Positions 18,418 to 28,957 of a stretch of 64,000 nucleotides of DNA are shown here, piece after piece (positions within the stretch are counted from its first letter, which is position 1; each line of letters begins with the position of its first letter). The position numbers were made by a program, and so were the translations under genes. The stretch is from an uncultured Acidimicrobiales bacterium (GTDB lineage: Bacteria > Actinomycetota > Acidimicrobiia > Acidimicrobiales > Aldehydirespiratoraceae), in the NCBI GenBank assembly GCA_958296055.1, contig CATQHS010000001.1, positions 1,396,277 through 1,460,276 of the forward strand. Direction: 5' to 3'. The notes under the pieces were generated by a model. The model was not told the DNA's origin. It did not search any database and saw nothing but the letters and a program-made list of their open reading frames with translations.

Positions 18418-19591
18418 AGCCAGCCGCCGGGATCGATCCGCTGGCGCCCCCCGCCCCCGACGTTCCGTCCTCGGCGCGGAGGACACCAGCCTGGTCCAAA
18501 GCGTCGAGGAGGCGGTCGAGGTCGGCGGCAGTGTGGGAGGCCGAGACCGTGACCCGCAGCCGGGACGTCCCGGCCGGGACAGTGGGGGGCCGGATGGCGG
18601 GCACGAGAATCCCAGCCCGGGCCAGGGCGTCGGAGGCGGCCACCGCCGCGGCCTCGTCGCCGAGGACGACGGGGATTATGGGGCTGGGGTGACCGGGCCG
18701 GATCCGGTCGATGTTGGCCCTCAGCCGGGCTTTCAGCTTCGTCCCCTCGGACGAGTCGATGACGTCGATGGCGGCCAAGGCGGCCGCGGCCGCGGCCGGG
18801 GTGAGCGCGGTGGTGAAGATGTAGGAGCGGGCCTTGTTCACCAGCAACTCAGCGTAGGCCCGGGGCCCGCACACGTACCCGCCCAGGGCACCGACCGCTT
18901 TGGACAGGGTCCCCACCCTCAGGGTCCGGCACTCCGGGTGCGGGGCCTCGGGGTGGCCGAGCACGGCGTGGGCGTCGTCGAGGATCAGCAGGGCCCCGCG
19001 GGCTGCGCACACCTCCGACAGTTCGGCCACCGGGGCCAGGTCGCCGTCCATGGAGAAGACCGAGTCGCTGACCACCACCCCCCGGCCGTCGGAGCCCTCG
19101 AGCAGGTCGTCCACCGCGGCGGCGTCGCCGTGGGGGTAGACCCGGGTGGGGGCCCGGGCCAGCCTGCAGCCGTCGATTATGGAGGCGTGGTTGAGCTCGT
19201 CGGAGCAGATCAGCGACGCCTGCTGGCCGAAGGTGGCGACGACGCCCAGGTTGGCCGCGTACCCGGTGGTGAACAGCACGGCCGCCTCCGCCCCCCGCCA
19301 GGCCGCGATGCGGGCTTCCAGCTCGGTGTGGACCGGCCGCGACCCGGCGATGAGCCGGGCCGACCCCGATCCGGTCCCGTAGGCCCGCACGGCGGCGGCC
19401 GCCGCGGCCCGCACCGCCGGGTGGACGGTGAGCCCCAGGTAGTCGTTGGCCGCGAACACCAGGACTTCCCGGCCGGACTCCGAGGCGTCCGGGCCGGGCC
19501 CGTCGAGGTCGCGGGGCCGGCGCAACTGGTTGGCGGCGACCACCGCGCCCAGGGCCTCGGCCACCGCTTTGTCCCAGCCGTTCCCGGTCAC
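18410..19591 (-). CDS. bioF: 8-amino-7-oxononanoate synthase
   Basis: Motifs are FAANDYLGL, GSGSARLIAG, and DDAH..G together with GTLSKA (the PLP lysine). I prefer GTG 19591 as the start. The longer ORF overlaps bioA. Confidence 0.88.
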   Translation of the reverse strand: MTGNGWDKAVAEALGAVVAANQLRRPRDLDGPGPDASESGREVLVFAANDYLGLTVHPAVRAAAAAAVRAYGTGSGSARLIAGSRPVHTELEARIAAWRGAEAAVLFTTGYAANLGVVATFGQQASLICSDELNHASIIDGCRLARAPTRVYPHGDAAAVDDLLEGSDGRGVVVSDSVFSMDGDLAPVAELSEVCAARGALLILDDAHAVLGHPEAPHPECRTLRVGTLSKAVGALGGYVCGPRAYAELLVNKARSYIFTTALTPAAAAAALAAIDVIDSSEGTKLKARLRANIDRIRPGHPSPIIPVVLGDEAAAVAASDALARAGILVPAIRPPTVPAGTSRLRVTVSASHTAADLDRLLDALDQAGVLRAEDGTSGAGGASGSIPAAGCG

Positions 19592-19620
19592 GGAACCACC
19601 CCAGTCACGACCGTCACGGC

Positions 19621-20955
19621 TCAGCCGTCCGACTCGGCTTCGGCCACCTCGTCGATGGCGGCGGAAAGGACGGCGGCGATGAGGTCGATCTCGTCGTCGG
19701 TGATGGTCAGCGGGGGCATGACCACCACCACATCGCCGAGGGGCCGCAGCAGCACCCCGGCCCGCACCGCCGCCGCGCACACCTTGCGACCCCACCGGGC
19801 CGCGCCGGGCGGCGGGGCCAGCTCGACGCCGGCCATCAGGCCCCGGCGGCGGATCTCGGCCACCCCGGGGCGGGCGGCCAGCGGGGCCAGGGCCGAGCCG
19901 AGATGCTCGGCGGCCGCCGCGGCGCGGTCGAGCACGCCCCGCTCCTCGATGAGCTGGAGGTGGCGGGCCGCCACCGCGCAGGCCAGGGCGTTGCCGCTGT
20001 AGGAGTGGCCGTGGTAAAAGGTCCGCGGCCCGAGGTCTTCGCCCAGGAACGCCTCATGCACCTGAGCCGAGGCCGCGGTGGCCGACAGGGGCAGGTAACC
20101 GCCGGTGATGCCTTTGCCCAGGCACATCAGGTCGGGCCGGACGCCGCAGAGGTCGCCGGCGAACAGGGCGCCGGTGCGGCCGAACCCGGTGGCCACCTCG
20201 TCACAGATCAGCAGCACCCCCCGGGCCCGAACCGCCTCGGCGAAGGCCGCCACCTTGTCCGGGTTGGTGACCAGCATCCCGGCCGCCCCCTGGACCAGGG
20301 GCTCGATCACCGCCGCGGCCAGCCGGCGCCGGTTGCGGTCGAGGGCGGCCACCGCCTTGGGCACCCAGTCCGGATCGTCGTAGCCGGGGGTGCGGACCAC
20401 CGGGAACCGCAGCGGGTCGAACAGGTCGGTGCCGAAGCCGCCGTCGCCCACCGACAGCGACCCGACCGTGTCGCCGTGGTAAGCCTGCCCGAGGGCCAGA
20501 TAGGCGGTGCGGCCGGTGACCGACCGGTTGCGCCAGTACTGGAAGGCGATCTTGAGGGCCTGCTCCACCGCGGCCGCCCCGTCGGAGGCGAACAGGAAGC
20601 GGGCGTCGTCTACCGGCACCGCTTCCCGCAGGGCCTCGGCCAAGGCGACGGCGGCGGTGTTGCCGTTGCCGAGCAGGGTGGAGTGGGCGATCCGGTCGAG
20701 CTGGTCCCGGGCGGCCCGGTTCAGGTCGGGGTCGTTGTGGCCCAGCGTGGTGACCCACAGCGATGAGATGGCGTCGAGGTAGCGGCGGCCGTCCACGTCG
20801 TAGAGGTAATGCCCCGCTCCCCGCTCCACGATGACCGGCGCCGAGTCCTCGTAGCAGGACATCTGGGTGAATCCGTGCCAGAGGACGGCCGCGTCCCGGC
20901 GGGCCCAGAGCGGGGCCTTCGGGCTCTCGAAGCCCATGTCGCGGGATGCCTGCAT
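19621..20955 (-). CDS. bioA: Adenosylmethionine-8-amino-7-oxononanoate aminotransferase
   Basis: The class III aminotransferase pattern is present (WHGFTQM, GDTVG, DEVATGFGRTG, LGKGITGG). I prefer ATG 20955 as the start. Confidence 0.9.
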   Translation of the reverse strand: MQASRDMGFESPKAPLWARRDAAVLWHGFTQMSCYEDSAPVIVERGAGHYLYDVDGRRYLDAISSLWVTTLGHNDPDLNRAARDQLDRIAHSTLLGNGNTAAVALAEALREAVPVDDARFLFASDGAAAVEQALKIAFQYWRNRSVTGRTAYLALGQAYHGDTVGSLSVGDGGFGTDLFDPLRFPVVRTPGYDDPDWVPKAVAALDRNRRRLAAAVIEPLVQGAAGMLVTNPDKVAAFAEAVRARGVLLICDEVATGFGRTGALFAGDLCGVRPDLMCLGKGITGGYLPLSATAASAQVHEAFLGEDLGPRTFYHGHSYSGNALACAVAARHLQLIEERGVLDRAAAAAEHLGSALAPLAARPGVAEIRRRGLMAGVELAPPPGAARWGRKVCAAAVRAGVLLRPLGDVVVVMPPLTITDDEIDLIAAVLSAAIDEVAEAESDG

Positions 20956-21035
20956 GCCGGTGGCTCCTTCGTATCGAGATGTTCGAGGAGGGTAGCGTTC
21001 CTGATTTGCCCGACCGGAACGGAGGCACGGAGACA

Positions 21036-22115
21036 ATGATGTCGAGTCGGCCGCGATCAGGAGGAGTCAGCTTCTACCCATCCCGGGAGCGGCGAGAGTC
21101 GAGCAACGGCGACAGCCGCGAGCGGTCGAGCCCAGCCGACGGCCCGGCGCCCGGCGAGGAGCCGGCCCCTCCCGGCGGCCCGAGCGCCGGCGGCGGCCCG
21201 GCGTCTGGCGAAGAACTCGGGCTGGGGCCCGGCGAGCCGGCCGCCCACGAGCACCCCGCGCAGAGCCCGATCTACTACGCCCAGCACGTCAACCGATACC
21301 AGCGCCAGCACCTGATCCGGGCTTATGAGGCCAAGATCGGCGCCCGCCTGATCGTGGTCATCGACGTAATCGACTCCGACATCGTCACCAACCTGGAGGA
21401 GCACCTGTTCGGGATCGACCCCGACTGCGATCTGCATCTGCTGCTCCGCTCCCCCGGCGGCAGCGCCGAGCAGGCCATCCGGGCCGTCCGCTCGCTCCAA
21501 AGCCGCTGCAACCGGCTGTCGGTGGTCATCCCCGACCTGGCCAAGAGCGCGGCCACCCTCCTGGCCCTGGGCGCCGACGAGATCCGGCTGGGCCCCACCA
21601 GCGACCTGGGGCCGGTGGACCCCCAGATGTTCGCGGGCGGGCGCTGGATACAGGCCAAGAGCATCTTGATGGCGATCGAGCAGGCCGAGAACGCGGTCCG
21701 GGCCAACGGCGCCCTCACCGAGCTGTGGGCCGCGCTGCTGGCCGACGTGAGCGCCATCGACGCCCAAGAGGCCAAGTCGGCGCTGGACCGCACCGCTCCC
21801 ATGATCCGCCAAGTGGTCGGCTACCGGTCCGACCCCCCGACTCCCGATCAGGCCGAGACGTTCGTGACCGCTCTGGTGGAGGCGCTGCAGGAGCGGAACA
21901 TCTCGCATGGGCACACCCTCGGTGCCGACGAGCTGATCGAGATGAACCTGCCCATCGTCAAGCTGGACCCCAATTCCTGGGAGTGGGAGTGCATCTGGCG
22001 CCTGTGGACCCTCTACAAGGTCCAGATCAACGGCCCGATCTACGAGTCGGCGGTCAAGAGCTTGATCCCCGATGCCGGGCCTGACGCCCCGGCCGACATC
22101 CTCCCCATGGTGTGA
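21036..22115 (+). CDS. SDH-family Clp-fold serine protease (serine dehydrogenase proteinase family)
   Basis: The start is ATG 21036. A disordered Pro/Gly/Ser N-terminus of about 90 aa is followed by RLIVVIDVI...DLHLLLRSPGGSAEQAIRAV..VVIPDLAKSAATLLALGADEIRLGPTSDLGPVDPQ. Confidence 0.7.
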   Translation: MMSSRPRSGGVSFYPSRERRESSNGDSRERSSPADGPAPGEEPAPPGGPSAGGGPASGEELGLGPGEPAAHEHPAQSPIYYAQHVNRYQRQHLIRAYEAKIGARLIVVIDVIDSDIVTNLEEHLFGIDPDCDLHLLLRSPGGSAEQAIRAVRSLQSRCNRLSVVIPDLAKSAATLLALGADEIRLGPTSDLGPVDPQMFAGGRWIQAKSILMAIEQAENAVRANGALTELWAALLADVSAIDAQEAKSALDRTAPMIRQVVGYRSDPPTPDQAETFVTALVEALQERNISHGHTLGADELIEMNLPIVKLDPNSWEWECIWRLWTLYKVQINGPIYESAVKSLIPDAGPDAPADILPMV

Positions 22116-22117
22116 GG

Positions 22118-22132
22118 GCCCGCCGGCGGCGG
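22118..22132. terminator. GC hairpin between convergent genes (possible bidirectional terminator)
   Basis: cccgcc-ggc-ggcggg is followed by ttggtt. It lies between the protease stop (22115) and the OsmC stop (22146). Confidence 0.35.
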
Positions 22133-22145
22133 GTTGGTTCGCGGG

Positions 22146-22598
22146 TCAGCCCACGAACACCGTTTCGGTGGTGAACGCCACCCCCCGATCCAGAGTCTTG
22201 TGGACCGGGCAGCGCCGGGCGATCCCGGCCAAGGCGTCGCGCTGGGCGTCATCGAAGTCGCCCTCGATGAAGATCTGGCTGCGGACCCGGTCGATGTAGC
22301 CGGCGGAGGGGTCCTCGCAGTCGTCGCAGTCCGACGAGTGAACCCGGTCGTGTTCGTAGCGGGCCGACACCGAGTGCAGGGGCCAGTTCTTGCGCCGGCA
22401 GTACGCCGACACGGTGATGCAAGTGCAGGCGGCCACCGCCGACAACAGCAGCTCGTAGGGGTTGGGCCCGGTGTCGGCTCCGCCGACGTCGGCCGGCTCG
22501 TCGGCTCGCCAGGTGTGGGTCCCGTCCCGCAGCTCCACGGTGAAGCCGGTTCCCTCGGAGACGGCGAGATCAGCGGTGACAGTGGCCATAACCCGCAA
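22146..22598 (-). CDS. OsmC/Ohr family peroxiredoxin-like protein
   Basis: The OsmC core is GPNPYELLLSAVAACTCIT, followed by C-terminal RCPVHKTL. Confidence 0.85.
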   Translation of the reverse strand: MRVMATVTADLAVSEGTGFTVELRDGTHTWRADEPADVGGADTGPNPYELLLSAVAACTCITVSAYCRRKNWPLHSVSARYEHDRVHSSDCDDCEDPSAGYIDRVRSQIFIEGDFDDAQRDALAGIARRCPVHKTLDRGVAFTTETVFVG

Positions 22599-22619
22599 GT
22601 GTAGGACCCAGAGCGACGA

Positions 22620-22934
22620 GGCCTGGGTGGGCCATCGTCACCGGGGCGGGGTCGGGCCTTCTGCGCCGGGGTGGACCTGACCATCGACGCCGAGCGGGCC
22701 CGCCAGACCGGCCTGGCCTGGCGGGTCGTAGTCCACGACGATCCGCTGGGCGAGGCCCGGGCCCGGGCCGAGCGCCTGTGCGCCGGGGCGCCCCTGGCCG
22801 TGCGGGCCACCAAGGAGATGGCTTGGCGGGGGCGAAGGATGCCCTGGTCCGACGCGGTGCGCATGGGCGAGACCATGCGGCGGGTGGCGTCGGGCCCAGA
22901 GGAAGACCCTGCTGGGAGTCCAGACCGCCCATAG
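22620..22934 (+). pseudogene. Enoyl-CoA hydratase/isomerase (crotonase) remnant
   Basis: AIVTGAG lies in one frame and RAFCAGVDL in the next frame, shifted by 1 nt. RAFCAGVDL joins directly to the C-terminal helices (AERARQTGLAWRVV..EA...A..L....PLAVRATKE). The N-terminus is missing and the middle of the fold is deleted. Confidence 0.65.
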
Positions 22935-22959
22935 GCCCTGACAGGTTGACGGCCGGTGG

Positions 22960-23793
22960 TCAGCCCTGCTGCAGGCTCTTGACGTAGGCCGCGACCGCCT
23001 TGATCTCCTCAGGCGTCAGCCGGTCCTCCCAGGGTCGCATGAACGTCCCGTCCCGGCCGTTGATGATCACCCGGGCGATCTCTTCCGCATCCAGATAAGA
23101 CCACTGGAGGTTCGCGCCCGAGCGGCCCTCACTGTGGCAAACCGTGCACTCCATCTCAAAGATCGCCGCCCCGTCCACCGGCGGCGAGGTGGCGGCCGGC
23201 GGCTCCGGCTCCGAAGTCGGCGGCGGCTCCGGCTCCGGCTCCGAAGTCGGCGGCGGCTCCGGCTCCGGCTCCGAAGTCGGCGGCGGCTCCGGCTCAAGCT
23301 CCGAAGTCGGCGGCGGCTCCGGCTCGAATTCTGTGGTGGGAACGTCAGGAACCGAAGCAACCGGAGCTTCGGTCGTTGCCGAGGCGCTTGTGGAGGGAAC
23401 CTGTCTCGTGGGCGTGGTATCGGCGATGCCCGGGCCGTCATGGTCGACTGTCTCCAGCCCCGGCTCGGAAGTGGCAGGGGCCTCAGTGGTAGCCGCCATC
23501 TCGGTTGTGGCCGGAGGCCCAGCCGCGATCTCCACCTCCGGCACCGATGTAGCCGGGCCCTCAGGAGCGGCGACCTCTGCCCCAGTCACCGCCGCCGGAG
23601 CAGTCGTGGCCTGATCCGTCGAGCTGACGGCGCTCGGCGAAGCCGTCACCGGGTCGTCCGACCCGCAGGAGGCGCCGATGAAAAGAACCGGGGCGGCGAT
23701 AAGCGAGAGACGCCTTGCTCGGGTCGCCCGGACCGAGCCAGACCGAACCCCGCATCTTCGCCGCGCCACCCCCACAAAGTAGTGACGACTCAC
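22960..23793 (-). CDS. c-type cytochrome lipoprotein with a long Pro/Glu/Thr-rich repeat linker
   Basis: The lipobox is FIGASC. The repeat linker is (EPEPEPPPTS)n. The C-terminal class I cytochrome c domain has the heme motif CTVCH and a downstream Met (GTFMRPW). Confidence 0.8.
   Translation of the reverse strand: MSRHYFVGVARRRCGVRSGSVRATRARRLSLIAAPVLFIGASCGSDDPVTASPSAVSSTDQATTAPAAVTGAEVAAPEGPATSVPEVEIAAGPPATTEMAATTEAPATSEPGLETVDHDGPGIADTTPTRQVPSTSASATTEAPVASVPDVPTTEFEPEPPPTSELEPEPPPTSEPEPEPPPTSEPEPEPPPTSEPEPPAATSPPVDGAAIFEMECTVCHSEGRSGANLQWSYLDAEEIARVIINGRDGTFMRPWEDRLTPEEIKAVAAYVKSLQQG
23191..23326. repeat. 30-bp tandem repeat, about 4.5 copies, coding
   Basis: The unit cggcggctccggctccggctccgaagtcgg recurs at 23221, 23251 and 23281, with variant copies on both sides. 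It encodes the decapeptide repeat of the cytochrome c linker. Confidence 0.9.
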
Positions 23794-23831
23794 CCTCGCA
23801 AGGAGGACTCATGGCCTATGCCGCCGGCGCG

Positions 23832-24420
23832 CTATCCGCCACCGGCGTCGCGCTCGGTGAGCCGATCGACGTAGCGCCCGGCGAAGGTGAAGAGCCGGTC
23901 GGCGGCGCGGCCCTCCGGCACCGCGGCACCGTCCGGTTTGGCCGGCATGGAGAACAGTCCCAGGTAAGGCTCAGAGTCATGACGGAAGTCCTGCGAGGCG
24001 AGCCGTCGTCCCACTTGACGCCGTCGCGGACCCGGCCCGCCCCCAGGATGGCGGTCGAGTCGGTCGGCGTGGCGGATCACCGGCACGATCAGGCCCCCGT
24101 CCAGCGCCACCGCCATGCCCACATGGATGTCGGGCAGCAGCGCGATCTGATCGCCGGTGATCTGGCTGTTGGCGTAGGGGTGAGCCCGGAGAGCGGCGGC
24201 GGCGCCTGGGTCCTGACCACGGCGGCCTGGGCGTCTCCCCCGAGGAGGGCGCGGCCATTGAGGCGACCCTGACCCGCTGCCAGGCACCCCGCGGCTTCGA
24301 CTTCGTAGGCCGGGTGCTGGTGGCACCCTGCATCAAGAGGTTCGACAACCCCGAACAGAAACTTTATGCTGGCCGACATCACCTGCAATCCGCACCCACT
24401 GGTGCCAGCTCTTCTCCGAG
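23832..24420 (-). pseudogene. 2-oxoacid dehydrogenase E2 acyltransferase catalytic-domain remnant (frameshifted)
   Basis: One minus frame reads AAAALRAHPYANSQITGDQIALLPDIHVGMAVALDGGLIVPVIRHADR, which is E2 catalytic-core-like. Neighbouring E2-like segments fall in other frames. I found no lipoyl domain and no intact C-terminal DHR..DG segment. Confidence 0.55.
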
Positions 24421-24696
24421 CCGGGATCGGGATCGGACTTGCCGGTCTGTCCACCCGGGCCGAGTCCAACGGCGACATCTGGGTCGGGCCCGGCCCGGTC
24501 GACAGGGTCATCGACGAGGCCCGGGCCCGGGCGACTCGCTGGTCCGGGACCGGCTCATGGGGCTGTGGTGCCGGGAGCGGGCGCTGTAGATGACGGCCCC
24601 TGCGAGGGGCATCGGCGAACGGGGGCTCGGCCTGCCCCGGGAGCCCGACCCCTACAAGGGCACCCCAAAGGCCGACATCCCCCGCTGAGTGCGCCC

Positions 24697-25872
24697 ATGA
24701 ACAGCTCCAAGCGGAGCCCAGCCCTATTGCTGGCTGTAGGCATTTTCCTGGCGCTTGTGGTTCGCTACCGTTTTATATTTTTCGAGACTAATGACTATTC
24801 TAATTACCTTTCTACTTGGTATAATTTTATTAAAAATCGTGATAACATAGAGGCTTTACGTGACCCATTTTCCAACCACAACATGCCGTATTTATACTTG
24901 TTAACGATGAGTGTGGTTCTCTTTCCTGTTCGCGAGGCCTACACCGTCATCGTCATAAAAGTTATATCTATTATCTTTGACATTATGATGGCCTCTTTCG
25001 CTTATGAATGCGTGCGCATGAAATACCATGAATCTAAGATGATACCGATTATGGCCGCGCTGGCAACGCTCTTTGCACCTACAGTCATACTCAACAGCGC
25101 CGCGTGGGCCCAGTCAGACGCCATATATACCACCTTCCTTGTAGCCTGCCTTTACGCCCTGCTTGCCCGACGCCAAGCATGGGCCTTCATCGCCTTTGGA
25201 TTAGCCTTCTCCTTCAAGCTGCAAGCCCTCTTTCTGGCACCACTATTCCTGTGGCTGTTAATCAAAAAGACAGTTAACTGGCGCTGCTTCTTTTTGAGCC
25301 CTCTAGTTTACCTCATCACTCTCATCCCAGCCTGGCTCATCGGTAGACCCTTAGGCGATATGTTGTTAATCTATATCAGACAGTCCCAACAATACGAATT
25401 CCTCACTCATCAGGCTCCTAATCTGTACCAATGGATCCCCAACGCATACTATGATTTGTATCCACTAGGTGTAGTATTCACGGTGATAGTAGTGTTAATT
25501 ATAGCTTGGCTTCTATCTAAGAGCCGAGTGAAGGTGACCGAAGACTTGTTGGTTCATCTAGCGACTTTCTCTGTCCTCCTCTTGCCCTATATTCTGCCCA
25601 AAATGCATGATCGATACTTCTTCTCCGCTGATGTAATCGCCATTATCTTTGCCTTCTATTTCCCAAAATACTGGTATATACCTATAGGTATTGGTCTAGC
25701 GTCTCTCAATAGTTACCTCGCATTTCTGTACGGAGTGTTGATCGTTCCACTGGAGTTGATGGCTATCATTCCGGCGACGCTCATTGCTGTTCTAGGGTGG
25801 CAACTCCTGCGGGACTTCAACACCCCCCCGGCAAACACTCTGGTGCAATTTCACAGCTCAGAGCGCCCGTAA
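24697..25872 (+). CDS. GT-C fold integral-membrane glycosyltransferase (PIG-V/DUF2029-like mannosyltransferase family)
   Basis: ATG 24697 marks the point where composition switches abruptly to AT-rich. There are about 11 hydrophobic segments, an acidic first loop (FFETNDYSNY), and AWAQSDAIYTTFLVACLYALLARRQAWAFIAFGLAFSFKLQALFLAPLF. Confidence 0.7.
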   Translation: MNSSKRSPALLLAVGIFLALVVRYRFIFFETNDYSNYLSTWYNFIKNRDNIEALRDPFSNHNMPYLYLLTMSVVLFPVREAYTVIVIKVISIIFDIMMASFAYECVRMKYHESKMIPIMAALATLFAPTVILNSAAWAQSDAIYTTFLVACLYALLARRQAWAFIAFGLAFSFKLQALFLAPLFLWLLIKKTVNWRCFFLSPLVYLITLIPAWLIGRPLGDMLLIYIRQSQQYEFLTHQAPNLYQWIPNAYYDLYPLGVVFTVIVVLIIAWLLSKSRVKVTEDLLVHLATFSVLLLPYILPKMHDRYFFSADVIAIIFAFYFPKYWYIPIGIGLASLNSYLAFLYGVLIVPLELMAIIPATLIAVLGWQLLRDFNTPPANTLVQFHSSERP

Positions 25873-25909
25873 GCCAAGATGGCGTTCGAAGAAGGGTAGC
25901 TGCCCTCCA

Positions 25910-26911
25910 TCATCGGCCCCCGGCCGGAGAGGACCCGGCGGACGCGCCAGCGAGGAGTTCCGACGCGATCAGGCGGGTCGCCGCTGCCGGAGACATCTCC
26001 CCGGCCGCGACGGCGGCCACCGTCGCGCCCGCCGCCTCCGAGTCGAGGCATTCGGCGACCGCCCGGTCGAACCGGCGTCGCAGCTTGCTTGCGATCTCGA
26101 AGCGGGCCCGGCGGCGGCGGCGCTCGACCCCGGATCCCGAAGAGGCCAAATGGCGGCGGTGGGCAGCAACCGCCTCGCCCACTTCGTCGATCCCGGCCCC
26201 GGAAGCGGCGCTGACCGTCAACACGGGGGGCCGCCAGTTGGGGTCCCCGTATCCGGTCACATGGCTCAGGTCGACCATGAGCTCGAGGTCGCGGCGGGCG
26301 TGGTCGGCCCCGTCCAGATCCGACTTGTTGACCGCGAAGACATCGGCCACCTCGAAAAGCCCGGCCTTGTTGGCCTGCACCGCGTCCCCCAAGCCCGGCG
26401 CGGTGACGACCACGGTGGTGTCGGCCGCGGCCGAGACGTCCACTTCGAGCTGCCCGGCGCCCACCGTCTCGACCAGAACCGGGCAGTAGCCGGCCGCGTC
26501 TAGAACCCGGACTGCGCCGGGCACGGCCAGGGCCAGCCCGCCGGTGTGGCCGCGGGTGGCCATCGAGCGCACGAAAACCGAGGCGTCGACCGCGGCCATG
26601 CGCACCCGGTCGCCGAGGATGGCACCGCCGGTGATGGCCGAGGACGGGTCCACCGCCAGCACCGCGGGTCGGGCCCCGCCCGCGGCCAGGGCCGCGACCA
26701 AGTCCGCGACCAGGGTCGACTTGCCCGCCCCGGGCGGCCCGGTCACCCCCACCACGTGGGCGCCGCCAGCCCGAACCCAGGCCGCCTCGGCGATCCGCTC
26801 GGCGTCGCCGCCGCCCCGCTCCACCCGGGTCAGCAGCCTGCCGGCGGCCCGGCGGTCGCCGGCCGCGGCCCGCTCCAGAAGATCTTCGACAGAACCGGCT
26901 CGGGCGATCAC
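25910..26911 (-). CDS. meaB: Mutase-associated G3E GTPase (MeaB/ArgK family)
   Basis: The P-loop is GPPGAGKSTLV. Other motifs are ETVGAGQ and the NKSD-like AVNKSD. GTG 26911 overlaps the upstream stop (GTGA). Confidence 0.9.
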   Translation of the reverse strand: MIARAGSVEDLLERAAAGDRRAAGRLLTRVERGGGDAERIAEAAWVRAGGAHVVGVTGPPGAGKSTLVADLVAALAAGGARPAVLAVDPSSAITGGAILGDRVRMAAVDASVFVRSMATRGHTGGLALAVPGAVRVLDAAGYCPVLVETVGAGQLEVDVSAAADTTVVVTAPGLGDAVQANKAGLFEVADVFAVNKSDLDGADHARRDLELMVDLSHVTGYGDPNWRPPVLTVSAASGAGIDEVGEAVAAHRRHLASSGSGVERRRRRARFEIASKLRRRFDRAVAECLDSEAAGATVAAVAAGEMSPAAATRLIASELLAGASAGSSPAGGR

Positions 26912-27350
26912 CGGCCGAGCACGACCCCCCGCACGGTGGCCACAACCTCCTCGGTGGAGGCGCCGGGCCCCAGCACGGCCGCGACGCCGGCCCGTTCCAG
27001 CTCGAGCCGGTCCGGCTCGGGCACGATCCCGCCGACGACCACCGGGACGTCTAGGCCAGCCTCGCCCAAGGCGGCCAGCATGGCCGGGCCCAGGGTGAGA
27101 TGGCCGGCGTTGTGCATCGAGAGGCCGATCACGTCGGCGTCCTCCTGCTCCACCGCGGCCACGATGCTGTCGGTGGTCTGGCGGAGCCCCAGGTAGATGA
27201 CCTCCATGCCCGCGTCTCGCAGCATCCGGGCCACCACCTTGATGCCGCGGTCGTGGCCGTCGAGGCCGAGCTTGGCCAACACGGCCCGGATCGGGGGCTC
27301 ATCCGGCCCAGGCCCGGCGTCCCCGAGCGGGGGCTCAGCCGCCTCGGGCA

Positions 27351-27351
<1 letters not shown>
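26908..27351 (-). CDS. Acyl-CoA mutase small subunit (cobalamin-binding domain)
   Basis: The B12 DxHxxG motif is GLDGHDRGIKVV. The ORF also contains IGLSMHNAGHLTL. It is 147 aa. ATG 27351 overlaps the large-subunit stop (ATGA). Confidence 0.9.
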
Positions 27352-28955
<1,604 letters not shown>

Positions 28956-28957
28956 GT

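Noticed and set aside
23191-23326. Regularly spaced 30-bp repeats that could suggest a CRISPR array.
   Set aside because: The units are directly adjacent with no unique spacers. They lie in frame within a cytochrome c lipoprotein gene, where they encode a decapeptide repeat. No cas genes are present.
24439-24696. An N-terminal 86-codon extension of the glycosyltransferase ORF.
   Set aside because: The extension has native GC-rich composition and a Pro/Gly/Arg-rich translation. The AT-rich gene body and the first TM segment begin right after ATG 24697.
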